This document shows, piece by piece, positions 9,276 to 19,509 of a stretch of DNA of 64,000 nucleotides. The notes beneath the pieces are model-generated. The model did no database searches. It worked only from the letters and a program-made list of their open reading frames with translations, and had not been told where the DNA came from. The stretch is from contig JBAZXO010000002.1 of assembly GCA_041659785.1 (NCBI GenBank), forward strand, positions 55,479-119,478, written 5' to 3'. How positions within the stretch are numbered: the first letter of the stretch is position 1; the number at the start of each line of letters is the position of its first letter. The stretch is from Minisyncoccota bacterium (GTDB lineage Bacteria; Patescibacteriota; Minisyncoccia; Phycocordibacterales; UBA9973). The position numbers and the translations under genes were made by a program.

Positions 9276-10232
9276 TTATCCTTTGTTGTGAAACTTTTTG
9301 TGTATATCACGCAAATGTTTGTCTGTGACGTGAGTATAGATTTGAGTAGTCGCGATATTGGAGTGCCCGAGCATAGCCTGGACGGAACGTATATCTGCAC
9401 CATTCGAGAGTAGGTCAGTAGCGAAAACATGACGAATGACGTGTGGGGTTACTTTTTTTGAGATGCCGGCTATTGTAGCGTATCTTTTTACAATTCTTTC
9501 CACTGAACGGCGAGTGAGGCCATCATCCTCTTGAGAATTTTTTTCTTTCTTTTTATCTAAATTTTTCTTTGACGATACTTCATCATTTATTTTTACAAAA
9601 AGAGCATCTGACATATTTTTCCTTATAGCCAAATAATTTTTTACTGCCTTTTTTGCTTCATCAGACAGGAAAACCACGCGTACCTTACCACCCTTGCCAC
9701 GTATAGAAAATTCATCTAAATGCAAATCAAGGTCATTTCGTAAAGAACAAAGTTCTGATACACGTAGGCCAGTAGAAAAAAGCATTTCTAAAATTGCTTT
9801 GTCTCTGTATTTCCTCTCTAAATTTTTTTCGTTATTGGGTGCATCTAGAAGTCTCTTGAGTTCTTCTTGGGAAATAACGTCAATTTGTCTTTCTCCAATT
9901 TTTGCTAGCTCTATGTGGTCAGAGGGGAGAGATGTAATATTTCTTCTTGTTAAAAATTTAAGAAAAGTTCGAAGAGCTATTAAATAGTAATTTTGAGTTT
10001 TCTTTTTTATCGTTTCCCCAGTGGCTCTGTTGTTGCCAGTGGTCTGGCGATTGAGCCAAATACGAAAATCTCGAACTTTTGTATCTGTGATATCTTTTGG
10101 ATCAGTGATTTTTGTTTGGTTAAAAAAGACAGTCAGATAATGATCATAGTTTTCGACTGTTCTTATAGCTCGCCCTTTCTCTATTTCGATATATTCCAAA
10201 AATTGAGTTTTAAGTTGTTGCATGGAAGCCAT
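9276..10232 (-). CDS. Tyrosine recombinase (XerC/XerD-like)
   Basis: C-terminal HVIRHVFATDLLSNGADIRSVQAMLGHSNIATTQIYTHV carries the R..H..R..Y catalytic motif. N-terminal SAM-like domain. Confidence 0.8.
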   Translation of the reverse strand: MASMQQLKTQFLEYIEIEKGRAIRTVENYDHYLTVFFNQTKITDPKDITDTKVRDFRIWLNRQTTGNNRATGETIKKKTQNYYLIALRTFLKFLTRRNITSLPSDHIELAKIGERQIDVISQEELKRLLDAPNNEKNLERKYRDKAILEMLFSTGLRVSELCSLRNDLDLHLDEFSIRGKGGKVRVVFLSDEAKKAVKNYLAIRKNMSDALFVKINDEVSSKKNLDKKKEKNSQEDDGLTRRSVERIVKRYATIAGISKKVTPHVIRHVFATDLLSNGADIRSVQAMLGHSNIATTQIYTHVTDKHLRDIHKKFHNKG

Positions 10233-10280
10233 GGGTATATTTTAGCATGTCGCACAATATTTTCTAAGGGAACTTGCAAT

Positions 10281-10305
10281 TTTCGAGGTTTATGCTAATA
10301 TAACA
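10281..10305 (+). promoter_or_regulatory. rpsO promoter (TTGCAA-16-TAATAT) about 7 nt before the ATG; possibly a leaderless transcript
   Basis: Hexamers read directly. Confidence 0.35.
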
Positions 10306-10308
10306 AGC

Positions 10309-10572
10309 ATGTTAGCAACAAAGAAAAAACAAGCAGTTATAAAGAAAAATCAAATTCATGAGACAGATACTGGCTCTCCGGAAGTTCAGGTTGCCGTTTT
10401 GTCTACTCAGATTGATGCTCTTGCCAAACACCTTAAAAAGCATAAAAAAGATAATCATTCTCGCCGGGGGCTTATCAAGATGGTGGCCGATCGCCGAACT
10501 CATTTGAAATATTTGGAACGAAAAAGCAAGCCTCGTTATGCTGCTTTGATGAAGAAAATGGATCTTGCATAA
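10309..10572 (+). CDS. rpsO: 30S ribosomal protein S15
   Basis: LSTQIDALAKHLKKHKKDNHSRRGLIKMVADRRTHLKYL is the canonical S15 sequence. Confidence 0.9.
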   Translation: MLATKKKQAVIKKNQIHETDTGSPEVQVAVLSTQIDALAKHLKKHKKDNHSRRGLIKMVADRRTHLKYLERKSKPRYAALMKKMDLA

Positions 10573-10595
10573 TAGGAAGATTTTTTAACTATTCT

Positions 10596-10689
10596 CGGCA
10601 TGCTTTTTATAAAGCAATCTATCTGGCGTTGCTACGGGAGCGTTCTGCTCGGCGCTCCCGCTTGCGCAAGGCTTTCTAAAAAGCATGCC
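10596..10689. repeat. Palindromic element / terminator after rpsO (TIRs cggcatgctttttataaagc and gctttctaaaaagcatgcc; inner hairpin gggagcg...cgctccc)
   Basis: Read directly. The right arm covers the track ATG of the next ORF, which argues that ORF really starts at 10724. Confidence 0.4.
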
Positions 10690-10723
10690 TTCAACTAGTT
10701 TAAAAATCTGCTATAATATATAC

Positions 10724-11233
10724 ATGACAGTAATAAAACATAAAGAACAGAGGGTTGGGGTTTTTATTGATACTCAAAATTTATACCATTCAGCTCGCAA
10801 CTTATATCAGGCACGAGTTAACTTCGGTGCGGTTTTGAAAGATGCAGTTGCTGGGCGTAAGCTCGTGCGAGCAGTCGCTTATGTCATCACTACTGAAGCA
10901 GGGGATGAGAAAAACTTTTTTGAAGCACTTTCTAAACTTGGGATTGAAACTAAAACAAAAGATTTACAAATATTTGCTGGAGGTGCCAAGAAAGCAGATT
11001 GGGATGTAGGGCTCGCAGTCGATGCTATTAAAATGTCACCACGCTTAGACTCTGTGGTTATCGTTTCTGGGGACGGAGACTTTATTCCCCTTGTAGAATA
11101 TTTACAAACCATAGGAGTGCAAGTCGAAGTCGTATCATTTGGTAAATCAACTTCTGGTAAACTTCGCGAAGCGGTAGATGACTTCGTAGACTTATCTGAG
11201 AATCCAAGAAAATATTTAATGACTACAAAATAG
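10724..11233 (+). CDS. NYN/LabA-like (DUF88) domain protein
   Basis: VGVFIDTQNLYHSAR...VIVSGDGDFIPLVEYLQTIGVQVEVV. The ATG at 10724 lies directly behind a TATAAT (10712-10717), suggesting a leaderless transcript; the track start is 10685. Confidence 0.7.
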   Translation: MTVIKHKEQRVGVFIDTQNLYHSARNLYQARVNFGAVLKDAVAGRKLVRAVAYVITTEAGDEKNFFEALSKLGIETKTKDLQIFAGGAKKADWDVGLAVDAIKMSPRLDSVVIVSGDGDFIPLVEYLQTIGVQVEVVSFGKSTSGKLREAVDDFVDLSENPRKYLMTTK

Positions 11234-11256
11234 AATTTCTATTTTAGAAAATAAAA

Positions 11257-12147
11257 ATGGAAGGATTAGCACCAAAAACTCCGGAGAAAAATTTTTCCAA
11301 CAAGGAAGCCTTAAAAATTTCGTTTGGGTTTTTCAGTGTTGCTAGTGAAATGCATCCAGGGGTGAATGAAGATGCTATTCTTGTTGATGATGAAGAAAAA
11401 ACATTTGGAGTCTTTGACGGTCTAGGGGGACGGGCAGCGGGAGACGTAGCTTCTAGAACAGCATGTGGATTTATTTTAAATCGTATTGAGAAACTTATTC
11501 CCTCAGGTATATCTGTAGAACAAGCTGAAAACATTCTCTTAAACCTTGCTAGACAAACAAAAGAAGCGTTAATAGAAAAAGAACATTCTGATCCTAAATA
11601 TGAAGGCATGGGGACCACATTGTCTTTAGTCAAAATTCATAAAAATGAGAATGGAGAATTATTTGCAATTGTTTTGAATATTGGAGATAGTAGAACATAT
11701 AAATTTAATAAAAAACAAGAAGAGGGAAAAGAGTTGGAGCAAGTTTCTTTTGACGACGACGAGCTTTCAGAGAAAAAAAATATTTTACCTGAAGAAAAAA
11801 AAGTAATAAGAGAACACCTTGCTCAGGCAAAGACACCAGATGATTTGAATTATTTTGAGCAAGACCTTTTTAATTCTAGGCATAAGGTGGCTCAAGAATT
11901 ATTAGGATCTACTCATTGTTTTTCTTCTGTAATTAAAATTAATGCAGGAGATAAATTTGTGATAATTTCTGATGGCATACATGACAATTTAACTTTTGAG
12001 GAAATAAAAAATGTTCTTGCTGAGTCTGGAAGTGATGAAGATCTAGCAAAGAGATTAGTTCAAGAAGCAACGAAGAGAAGTAATGAAAAAATAATGCGAT
12101 CAAAATATGATGATATGACAGCCGTAGTAATTTCATTTAATGAATAA
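11257..12147 (+). CDS. PP2C-family Ser/Thr protein phosphatase
   Basis: FGVFDGLGGRAAGDVAS...NIGDSRTY...VIISDGIHDNL. Confidence 0.85.
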   Translation: MEGLAPKTPEKNFSNKEALKISFGFFSVASEMHPGVNEDAILVDDEEKTFGVFDGLGGRAAGDVASRTACGFILNRIEKLIPSGISVEQAENILLNLARQTKEALIEKEHSDPKYEGMGTTLSLVKIHKNENGELFAIVLNIGDSRTYKFNKKQEEGKELEQVSFDDDELSEKKNILPEEKKVIREHLAQAKTPDDLNYFEQDLFNSRHKVAQELLGSTHCFSSVIKINAGDKFVIISDGIHDNLTFEEIKNVLAESGSDEDLAKRLVQEATKRSNEKIMRSKYDDMTAVVISFNE

Positions 12148-12216
12148 AATTTTCAGATTTTTGCATTTTAGCCTATAAATGCTAAGATAAATCAAGATAT
12201 TATAAGTTAATCCGTT

Positions 12217-12282
12217 CGTCTTCAGACATGCAGTTTTGTTCTTATTTGTGTTAATCAAGAACAATACTTTAGTCTGAAGAGG
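12217..12282 (+). promoter_or_regulatory. pnp 5' leader stem-loop (cgtcttcagac...gtctgaagagg with inner gttctt/aagaac hairpin), overlapping the RBS
   Basis: Inverted repeats read directly. This resembles the RNase III-processed autoregulatory pnp leader hairpin. Confidence 0.35.
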
Positions 12283-12293
12283 AGCCTATAATT

Positions 12294-14429
12294 ATGCAAA
12301 AGAAAGAATATAGTGTAGAAATTGGAGGAAAAAAATTAACCGCCATTTTTACTGATTTAGCAGATCAAGCACAAGGTAGTGTGATGCTCAAATATGGTGA
12401 GACGATTGTACTCGCTACTGCTTGTATGTCTCACGACAAACAAGCTGGTTTAGGATTTTTTAATTTAACTGTGGACTATGGAGAAAAGTTTTATGCTACG
12501 GGGAAAATTTTAGGTTCTCAATATGTCAGGAGAGAAGGTAAAGCATCTACTGAAGCAGTTTTAGCAAGTAGAGTTATTGACCGAACTATTCGTCCACTTT
12601 TCGACCAACACTTGCGACATGCTGTGCAAGTTATCGTGACGGTCATCGCTTGTGATGACAACGATCCAGCGATGCTTGCGGTGAATGCAGCCTCTCTAGC
12701 TCTTGTCGTTTCAAATATTCCATGGAGGGGGCCAATCGGTTGTGTGCGTATCGGAAAATATGATGATGAAACTTTAAAGATAAATCCATCTACGGTTTTG
12801 AGAGCAGAAGAGTATCCATATAAATTTGACCTAACAGTGTGCGGAAGAGAGGGACATGTGAACATGATCGAAGCTGCCGCTAGACAAGTAAAAGAAGAAG
12901 AACTCGTAGAAGCTCTTGAGAGAGCCAGTGTTGAGATTTCTAAATTAGAAGAATTCCAGAAAAATATTGCAAAAGAAATCGGTAAAGAAAAAAGAATTAT
13001 TCCTAAAGAAGTTATAAATCCTGAGGCTGTAACTTTGTTTAAAGAAAACATTTTACCAAAAATGGAAGAAGCTATTTTCGCCACCGCCACGGCGGGGCAA
13101 GCAGTAGCAGGTAAAGCAAAAATTGATGCATTACATACAGAGTGGAATAATTTAGTGAAAGAAAAATTCCCTGATAACGCAGACTATGAGCTCGAAGATG
13201 ACTTGTTTGATAATACTGAAAATGAAATGTTGCATGAGAAAGCAATCAAAGAAGGGAAACGTGCGGACGGACGAGCGATGGATGAAGTACGTGATCTTTA
13301 TGCGCAGGCTGGAGGATTGTCAAAAATATTACACGGCTCTGGAATTTTTTATCGTGGAGGGACACATGTCTTCTCTGCATTGACTCTAGGTGGGCCTGGA
13401 GACAAGCAAGCTGTAAACGGAATGGACGTGACTTCCGAAAGAAGATTTATGCATCACTATAATTTTCCTCCCTTTTCTGCTGGAGAAGCTGGACGTTATG
13501 GTTTTACAAATCGTCGAGAGGTAGGACACGGAGCGCTTGCCGAAAAGGCACTAGCAATGGTATTACCCACTCCTTTAGAATTCCCTTATACGATTCGAAT
13601 AGTCTCTGAATCTATGGCATCCAATGGATCAACTTCCCAAGCTTCTATTTGTGCTTCAACTTTGGCATTGATGGATGGTGGAGTACCAATCAAAGCTCCT
13701 GTCGCTGGTATCGCGATGGGCTTAATGTTTGAGAGTGAAAATAACTATAAAATTTTAACTGATATCCAAGGGCCTGAAGATCACCATGGTGATATGGATT
13801 TCAAGGTTGCTGGGACGAGGAATGGTGTCACCGCTATTCAACTCGACGTGAAAGTAGACGGTGTGCCAATAAAAATATTAGCGGAAGCAATGAAACAATC
13901 TAGGAAAGCACACTTCCATATTTTGGATGTAATGGAAAAAGAAATTTCTGCACCGCGTCCTAATATATCTGCTAATGCACCAAAGATTTTGATTATAAAA
14001 ATTAATCCAGACAAGATCGGCATGGTCATCGGTGGCGGTGGAAAAACTATTAAAGATATTAAAGAGAGATCCGGTGCAGAAATAACTATCGAAGACGATG
14101 GAACAGTATATCTAACTGGTAAAGATGGATCTGCCGAAAAAGCTAGAGAGATAGTTGAAGAAATGACTCATGAATTTAAAGTTGGGGAAGTATTGAAAGG
14201 GGAAGTGGTAAAGCTTGCAGATTTTGGAGTCTTTGTCGCCCTTAATCCTTTTACTGATGGTATGGTGCATATTTCTGAGATGGCCCCATTTCGTGTTGAA
14301 CGAGTTAGCGATATAATAAAGGAAGGTACTATCGTACCAGTGAAAATCATCAGTGTTGATGCAGAGAGGGGCAAGATTGGTTTATCTATTAAAGAAGCTG
14401 ATAAAGATTTCTTTAAACCAAAGGCATAA
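12294..14429 (+). CDS. pnp: Polynucleotide phosphorylase
   Basis: 711 aa with two RNase PH domains, KH and S1 (GMVHISEMAPFRVERVSDIIKEG). Confidence 0.95.
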   Translation: MQKKEYSVEIGGKKLTAIFTDLADQAQGSVMLKYGETIVLATACMSHDKQAGLGFFNLTVDYGEKFYATGKILGSQYVRREGKASTEAVLASRVIDRTIRPLFDQHLRHAVQVIVTVIACDDNDPAMLAVNAASLALVVSNIPWRGPIGCVRIGKYDDETLKINPSTVLRAEEYPYKFDLTVCGREGHVNMIEAAARQVKEEELVEALERASVEISKLEEFQKNIAKEIGKEKRIIPKEVINPEAVTLFKENILPKMEEAIFATATAGQAVAGKAKIDALHTEWNNLVKEKFPDNADYELEDDLFDNTENEMLHEKAIKEGKRADGRAMDEVRDLYAQAGGLSKILHGSGIFYRGGTHVFSALTLGGPGDKQAVNGMDVTSERRFMHHYNFPPFSAGEAGRYGFTNRREVGHGALAEKALAMVLPTPLEFPYTIRIVSESMASNGSTSQASICASTLALMDGGVPIKAPVAGIAMGLMFESENNYKILTDIQGPEDHHGDMDFKVAGTRNGVTAIQLDVKVDGVPIKILAEAMKQSRKAHFHILDVMEKEISAPRPNISANAPKILIIKINPDKIGMVIGGGGKTIKDIKERSGAEITIEDDGTVYLTGKDGSAEKAREIVEEMTHEFKVGEVLKGEVVKLADFGVFVALNPFTDGMVHISEMAPFRVERVSDIIKEGTIVPVKIISVDAERGKIGLSIKEADKDFFKPKA

Positions 14430-14431
14430 TA

Positions 14432-15304
14432 ATGGATAAAGATAAAATAATAAAAAAAGTACTAGTAGAAACTTATGCTGAAGACATGGCGAAGGTTCTT
14501 GAGAGTGACAAAGAAGGTCTAATAAAAAAAATAATACATGGAGAAGAAGAGCATGAAGCAGAAAAGAAGAATTTGTCTCCAGAATCACAGAAAAATAAAC
14601 TGTTTATGTTTATTAGCTTTTTGTTGATATTTCTAGCTTTGGTAACTTTATCTTTTTTTCTTCTTAAAAAAGATAGCAATACAGTACCTGTAGAAAAACA
14701 GTTTGTGCCTATCATTTTCAACGAACAGAGCACCTTCTTAGAAGTTGCGGGGCTCAAGAAAGAAGAAGTGGCACAGACGGTATTAAGTGAAATAAACAAT
14801 ACAAAAGTAAAAGTTGGAGGGATAGAGGGTATTTATCTTACAGAAAACAAAGAGATCGTATGGCTTAGAAGATTTATCACCTTAATTAAGAGTAGTTTTG
14901 TTCCTAATAGCAATAATCTTTTTGTCAGTGATAATTTTTTAATGGGAGCATTTCTTTCTGGTTTAAAATCTTCGTCACCCACATATGGAGACTTTTTTAT
15001 GATATTAAAAGTTCGTTCTACGGCTGATATCTTCGATGCATTGCGTGCGTGGGAGGGAACGATGCTGACGGATCTACACGGATTTTTAGGTGTTAGTTTG
15101 TCGAGTGAGACAAACTATCTTTTCACGAAGGAGTTTCAAAATGATATCGTGGATAATAAAAATGCACGTATTCTTTATGACAAAGATGGTAAAATAGCCC
15201 TCATGTATATTTTTGCCGATGATAATTCTGTAATTATCACTACTTCTCAAGAAGCAGCACATGAGATAATGCTTCGTCTAGCATCTAGCCAGAAGAAACA
15301 ATAA
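14432..15304 (+). CDS. Hypothetical membrane-anchored protein
   Basis: Single TM helix (LFMFISFLLIFLALVTLSFFLL). No recognisable family. Confidence 0.5.
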   Translation: MDKDKIIKKVLVETYAEDMAKVLESDKEGLIKKIIHGEEEHEAEKKNLSPESQKNKLFMFISFLLIFLALVTLSFFLLKKDSNTVPVEKQFVPIIFNEQSTFLEVAGLKKEEVAQTVLSEINNTKVKVGGIEGIYLTENKEIVWLRRFITLIKSSFVPNSNNLFVSDNFLMGAFLSGLKSSSPTYGDFFMILKVRSTADIFDALRAWEGTMLTDLHGFLGVSLSSETNYLFTKEFQNDIVDNKNARILYDKDGKIALMYIFADDNSVIITTSQEAAHEIMLRLASSQKKQ

Positions 15305-15314
15305 ACCTCGTTGT

Positions 15315-16913
15315 TTATACTGCAGATAATTCTATGTGGAAAGTAGAGCCTTTTCCTGCACCTTCAGACTCGGCGGAGACTGTGCCTTTGTGAGCCTCTA
15401 TTATTAGTTTTACAGTATAAAGTCCATAGCCAGTGCTGTCCACATTTATCCTTACAGAATCTTTACCTCGTCCGCCTTCGGTAAATAGATTTTGTTTATC
15501 TTCTTCTGTAATACCTATGCCTGAGTCTTTAACTGAAAGTTTAATTTTTCCATTACCGTCTTCGAGTTTTACTAATATGGTTCCTTCTTTTGTATATTTG
15601 ATAGAGTTTTCAATTAAATTATTTACCGCTTCTTTGAGCCAGAATATATCACCATTTGTATTATAAATGCCGTCTTTAATATCTGTCTCTATTTTGAGTC
15701 CTTTTGCTTCAGCTCCAATTTTCTTTTCCTCAACAGTTTTTATGACGATGTCTTTGAAATCAACAACCTTCATATCATATTTGATAATTCCATTTTGCAA
15801 ATTAGCCACATTTAAGACTAAATCAACCGTCTGTATGCCGTTGTTGTCGAATTCTAGACCTTGTTCAGCTCTCTTTTTAATTTCAGGAGTTATTGGCCCA
15901 AATGTTCCATCTAGTATTCCAGCGAAGAGGAACTTGGTACGGGTAAACGATCCTTTAACCTTATGAGTGACAAGGTGAACCAGACTTTCCCTTTGCTTGA
16001 TTGAAAGCTGAAGTTCCATATTTAGTTTAGCCAATTTTTCCTTTTGTTCTACTTCTCTAAGAACGCTTCTGATCAAATTAATACCAAAAATAAGTACTAG
16101 TAAGAATATGCTACTTCTGAAAATAATAAGTACTAATGAATCCGCAAATATTATTTCTAGAAACAAAACTATAGATAATAAAAAAACTAAAATTGAAGTT
16201 GAAAAAACTTTTATATTAAAAAGTCGATTATATAATATCGCATAAGTTGTTAAAATAACAAATGGGAAAGTAAACAAGGCTCCAAAAGGTAAGTATTTTG
16301 AATTTTCAAAAACAGCAGGAAGTATAAAGTTGAAAGTTATAATCATCCCAAACATTAGAGCTGTTCCAATAAGTATTTTAATATATGCTCTGATGAGCTG
16401 TTTGTTTTTTGCACGATGAAGATTTCTTATAAATATAAACAAAGCTGAGAACACTAATGCTATACTCACCATTCCAAAAAGGGGAATAGCTGGACCATTG
16501 GTTATTTTTGTTATATTGCCTGCAGCTGACACCTCTTTTATTTTAGAAAGAACCAAGGGTGATGCTGATATGGCTGCTGTTAGTAATACAAATGGTATTA
16601 AAAAGTATTTAAATACTTTAGGAAAAATTATCGTTGCGTTTGGAAAAACATAAAAGAGTTGAAAAATAGAAAAAGCTTGCAGTATAGCCAAAAACATAAC
16701 TAACCTTAATAATAGAAATGCAACATTGGAATCTGTAAGTCTATATCCAAAAAAGTTTACCAATCCCCATACTCCAGTAATTAAAGAGAATAAAAGAAAT
16801 GACTTGTTCGTAATACTTTTTCTGTCAGTAAAAAATATAGTAAAACCAAGAACAAAAGTTCCTGCCACCGCTACAGCAACTGACAGTATGTCTAAATTTT
16901 CTATTACGTTCAT
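15315..16913 (-). CDS. Sensor histidine kinase with a multi-TM N-terminus; no adjacent response regulator
   Basis: H-box LVTHKVKGSFTR. HATPase_c with N, G1 and G2 boxes (NLIENSIKYT, DSGIGI, GYGLY). Confidence 0.8.
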   Translation of the reverse strand: MNVIENLDILSVAVAVAGTFVLGFTIFFTDRKSITNKSFLLFSLITGVWGLVNFFGYRLTDSNVAFLLLRLVMFLAILQAFSIFQLFYVFPNATIIFPKVFKYFLIPFVLLTAAISASPLVLSKIKEVSAAGNITKITNGPAIPLFGMVSIALVFSALFIFIRNLHRAKNKQLIRAYIKILIGTALMFGMIITFNFILPAVFENSKYLPFGALFTFPFVILTTYAILYNRLFNIKVFSTSILVFLLSIVLFLEIIFADSLVLIIFRSSIFLLVLIFGINLIRSVLREVEQKEKLAKLNMELQLSIKQRESLVHLVTHKVKGSFTRTKFLFAGILDGTFGPITPEIKKRAEQGLEFDNNGIQTVDLVLNVANLQNGIIKYDMKVVDFKDIVIKTVEEKKIGAEAKGLKIETDIKDGIYNTNGDIFWLKEAVNNLIENSIKYTKEGTILVKLEDGNGKIKLSVKDSGIGITEEDKQNLFTEGGRGKDSVRINVDSTGYGLYTVKLIIEAHKGTVSAESEGAGKGSTFHIELSAV

Positions 16914-16938
16914 AGCTTATATTATTATAACTTAATAT

Positions 16939-18003
16939 TTATATATTTTCTATTATCGGTTCTTTCCTACTACTGCGAGCTGACGGGTCTTTTGCATGAC
17001 CAATACGAAACATCATTAAAGGTGTTTCATCTGAATCTAGATTGAATGTTGAAAAAGTATCTTGATAAGATTTAAGTGCCATATTTATATGTTTATTCTT
17101 CAGTGTTTGATCATTTGGATTACTTTTTAATTTAAAACCTAAAAATAAAATGGCAGAGATCGGTTGAAACGCAAGACCTAATGATGTTGTTTTAAGCCAT
17201 ATTTCCTGCATTTTCATTCCAAGTTTAACAAAATTTTCCGGAGATATTTTTTTTAAAGTTAATAATCCTATAGCCGAACCACTGGAATACAGGGTAGCAT
17301 CTTGCTTTGCAATAAAATACGGCAGACCTATTTTTATCGCAATACGCATTAATGTTTTATTGCTTGCAAGTTTAAAAAGAAATTGTTGTATAGGATTAAA
17401 TTCCATGGTCTTTATATAAAGACCATGACGCTCTCTTCTTTCTTGTTCAGTAGACCACATGACGTCTTTAAAAAGATATTCATGCAGTAATTTATTTTCT
17501 AAAATAATTATTTCAGCTGAACTACCTATTATTCCAGCCTGTTTTTTTTCTTTTGGGTCAATTATGAAATGCAAGATTACGTCTTCAAAAGCCCTTGCTT
17601 CTTTTAAAAGTACATTTTCTTCTTCAGAAAGTGGGTTATTTTTATAAGGACGCCTATTCGTTGCACGTTTTGAGATAAATTCAAACAACGGATCAACCTG
17701 TTGTGCCGAAGATGCTTCTTCAAAAGATATTTCTGCTATTAGATTAGAGTCGTTTGGTGTTGGGAATAATTTTATTTTTGATATTAAGCCTATTTTAGAA
17801 GAAGCTATCTCTATGTTTTTTAGAAGAGCTCCGTGAGCAATCAAAGAACCGCTCTGCATAAAATTTAAATACGGGTTATCTTTGTCTGGAAGATTATATA
17901 TTTTAAGTTTTGTACCAGAGAGAACAAATTTCCATGGTTGGGAATTATCACCCGAGGGGGCCATTACTCCATATTTTAATATTTCTTTTATTTTTTTATC
18001 CAT
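16939..18003 (-). CDS. Nitroreductase-superfamily protein (two-lobed, SagB/McbC-like size)
   Basis: APSGDNSQPWKF near the N-terminus and a second RATNRRPY-type motif mid-protein. The length of 354 aa suggests a tandem nitroreductase fold. Confidence 0.55.
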   Translation of the reverse strand: MDKKIKEILKYGVMAPSGDNSQPWKFVLSGTKLKIYNLPDKDNPYLNFMQSGSLIAHGALLKNIEIASSKIGLISKIKLFPTPNDSNLIAEISFEEASSAQQVDPLFEFISKRATNRRPYKNNPLSEEENVLLKEARAFEDVILHFIIDPKEKKQAGIIGSSAEIIILENKLLHEYLFKDVMWSTEQERRERHGLYIKTMEFNPIQQFLFKLASNKTLMRIAIKIGLPYFIAKQDATLYSSGSAIGLLTLKKISPENFVKLGMKMQEIWLKTTSLGLAFQPISAILFLGFKLKSNPNDQTLKNKHINMALKSYQDTFSTFNLDSDETPLMMFRIGHAKDPSARSSRKEPIIENI

Positions 18004-19493
18004 TTTTGTTTTGTTCCAGATTTAAAGTGTTCCGAACTTCCATTTTTCCAAAGTATAACCGAAACATGTGCTCTAGGTCCAAATTTATTTATTGTTTCTT
18101 TGTACTCTGAATGTGTTTCAATGAGTTGTTTATGGATAATTTCTTTTGTTTCCTTTGAAATTTTTTCTGAAGGGGTTATACCCTTTTTAAGTTCTACGTG
18201 AACGATAAGATTAGGTTCTTGTCTTTCAGAAAAACTAGATTCAAGTGTAAATTTTCCGGTAACTTTTTTCTGTATGTTCCCCTCAAGAAGAATTTTCCTT
18301 ATAGGACCAGGATATACTTGAAAAGCGTAATAACTTACAGAGAAATCACTTCTTTCAAAAACATATACAAAAGGTAACTCCCAAATACTTTTTTGTATAT
18401 TGTTTTTTTTTGCTTCTTTTAAAAGATCAATGTTAAACTTTTTAAACAGAGATTTCATTTCATTAAAACCAATAATATTGCCTTTATCTTCTAGGTTATA
18501 TCTCACAAGAGGAATCGCACTTTCACTAGTGCAGATAAGGTTATTATCAATTGATTCAAAATAAAATAATTCTGGTAAATACTGAGTTAATGTTGGTGTT
18601 TTTATAATATCGCCAAATATCTTTTTATATAAAGTTTTGTTTTTTTCAGCCAATTTTCTTATCAAAATACAAATGGGTGTTTCATACGACATGGTACCAA
18701 GGTCAACGGTGCCATAGTGATTAAGGGTGTCTAAAAAAATATTTTTACTTCCGACGATATTGCCAATATAGTCCCGAAATGATTCAGGAAATGCTTCTGC
18801 TGAGAATATAAATTTTATATTATATTTTTTCCAATTAATTTTTTCATGTAATCCAGTATCAAGGATATCTTTGGTAAATGGACCATATGATCCAATAATT
18901 ATTTGGTCATAATATTGACCCATTTTTTCTATTGTCTTTATTATTGAAGAAGTATCAATACCTGTGGTTATGATACTTAAAGGATATTGTGACTCCCTGG
19001 CAATTCGTGTGATCACTTCATATGTGAAAACCCCACCAATCCAAGGCCCCATAGGAAATGCGTCAATATATAAGGTTTTTTTCTTATGAATACTAAAATT
19101 AGTTCTTAAGTAAAGCTCAGCGTAGAGCTGATATTGTTCGTCTTGCGTTTCTGTTCGAGGAAAATAAAATGGTTCTCCTGTTGATCCAGATGTCACAGAA
19201 AAAACACGAGGGAGATGAGTCAATTTATTTTTTATAAAAAGTTTTTCAAAAGGATAAGAACACAAATAATTATTTTTACTTAATGTTGGCAACTTTTCAA
19301 AATCTTGTACCGTTTTTACGGTGGGGATTTTACTATTTTGTTTTTTATAAAAATCTATATATGCTGGAACTTGTTTTGTTTCATTGAAACGTTTCAATAC
19401 AACTTTCCCTCCACGCTTAATCCAGAAAGATTCTTTTTTAATTTTAAGTAATTTTTCTAATTCAAGAACTTTTTTATGAATGGAATGCTTCAT
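17988..19493 (-). CDS. PaaK/F390-synthetase-like adenylate-forming enzyme (phenylacetate-CoA ligase family)
   Basis: TSGSTGEPFYFP matches the (S/T)SG(S/T)TGxP AMP-binding motif. Overlaps the downstream gene by 16 nt. Confidence 0.65.
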   Translation of the reverse strand: MKHSIHKKVLELEKLLKIKKESFWIKRGGKVVLKRFNETKQVPAYIDFYKKQNSKIPTVKTVQDFEKLPTLSKNNYLCSYPFEKLFIKNKLTHLPRVFSVTSGSTGEPFYFPRTETQDEQYQLYAELYLRTNFSIHKKKTLYIDAFPMGPWIGGVFTYEVITRIARESQYPLSIITTGIDTSSIIKTIEKMGQYYDQIIIGSYGPFTKDILDTGLHEKINWKKYNIKFIFSAEAFPESFRDYIGNIVGSKNIFLDTLNHYGTVDLGTMSYETPICILIRKLAEKNKTLYKKIFGDIIKTPTLTQYLPELFYFESIDNNLICTSESAIPLVRYNLEDKGNIIGFNEMKSLFKKFNIDLLKEAKKNNIQKSIWELPFVYVFERSDFSVSYYAFQVYPGPIRKILLEGNIQKKVTGKFTLESSFSERQEPNLIVHVELKKGITPSEKISKETKEIIHKQLIETHSEYKETINKFGPRAHVSVILWKNGSSEHFKSGTKQKWIKK

Positions 19494-19509
19494 GAGAACT
19501 TATTATTTG

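Noticed and set aside
4764-10232. Integrated element at the tRNA cluster with the XerC/D-like recombinase as its integrase
   Set aside because: The recombinase is 4 kb from the tRNAs. The intervening genes are housekeeping (yraN, cca, xth), and no att-like direct repeat of a tRNA 3' end was seen.
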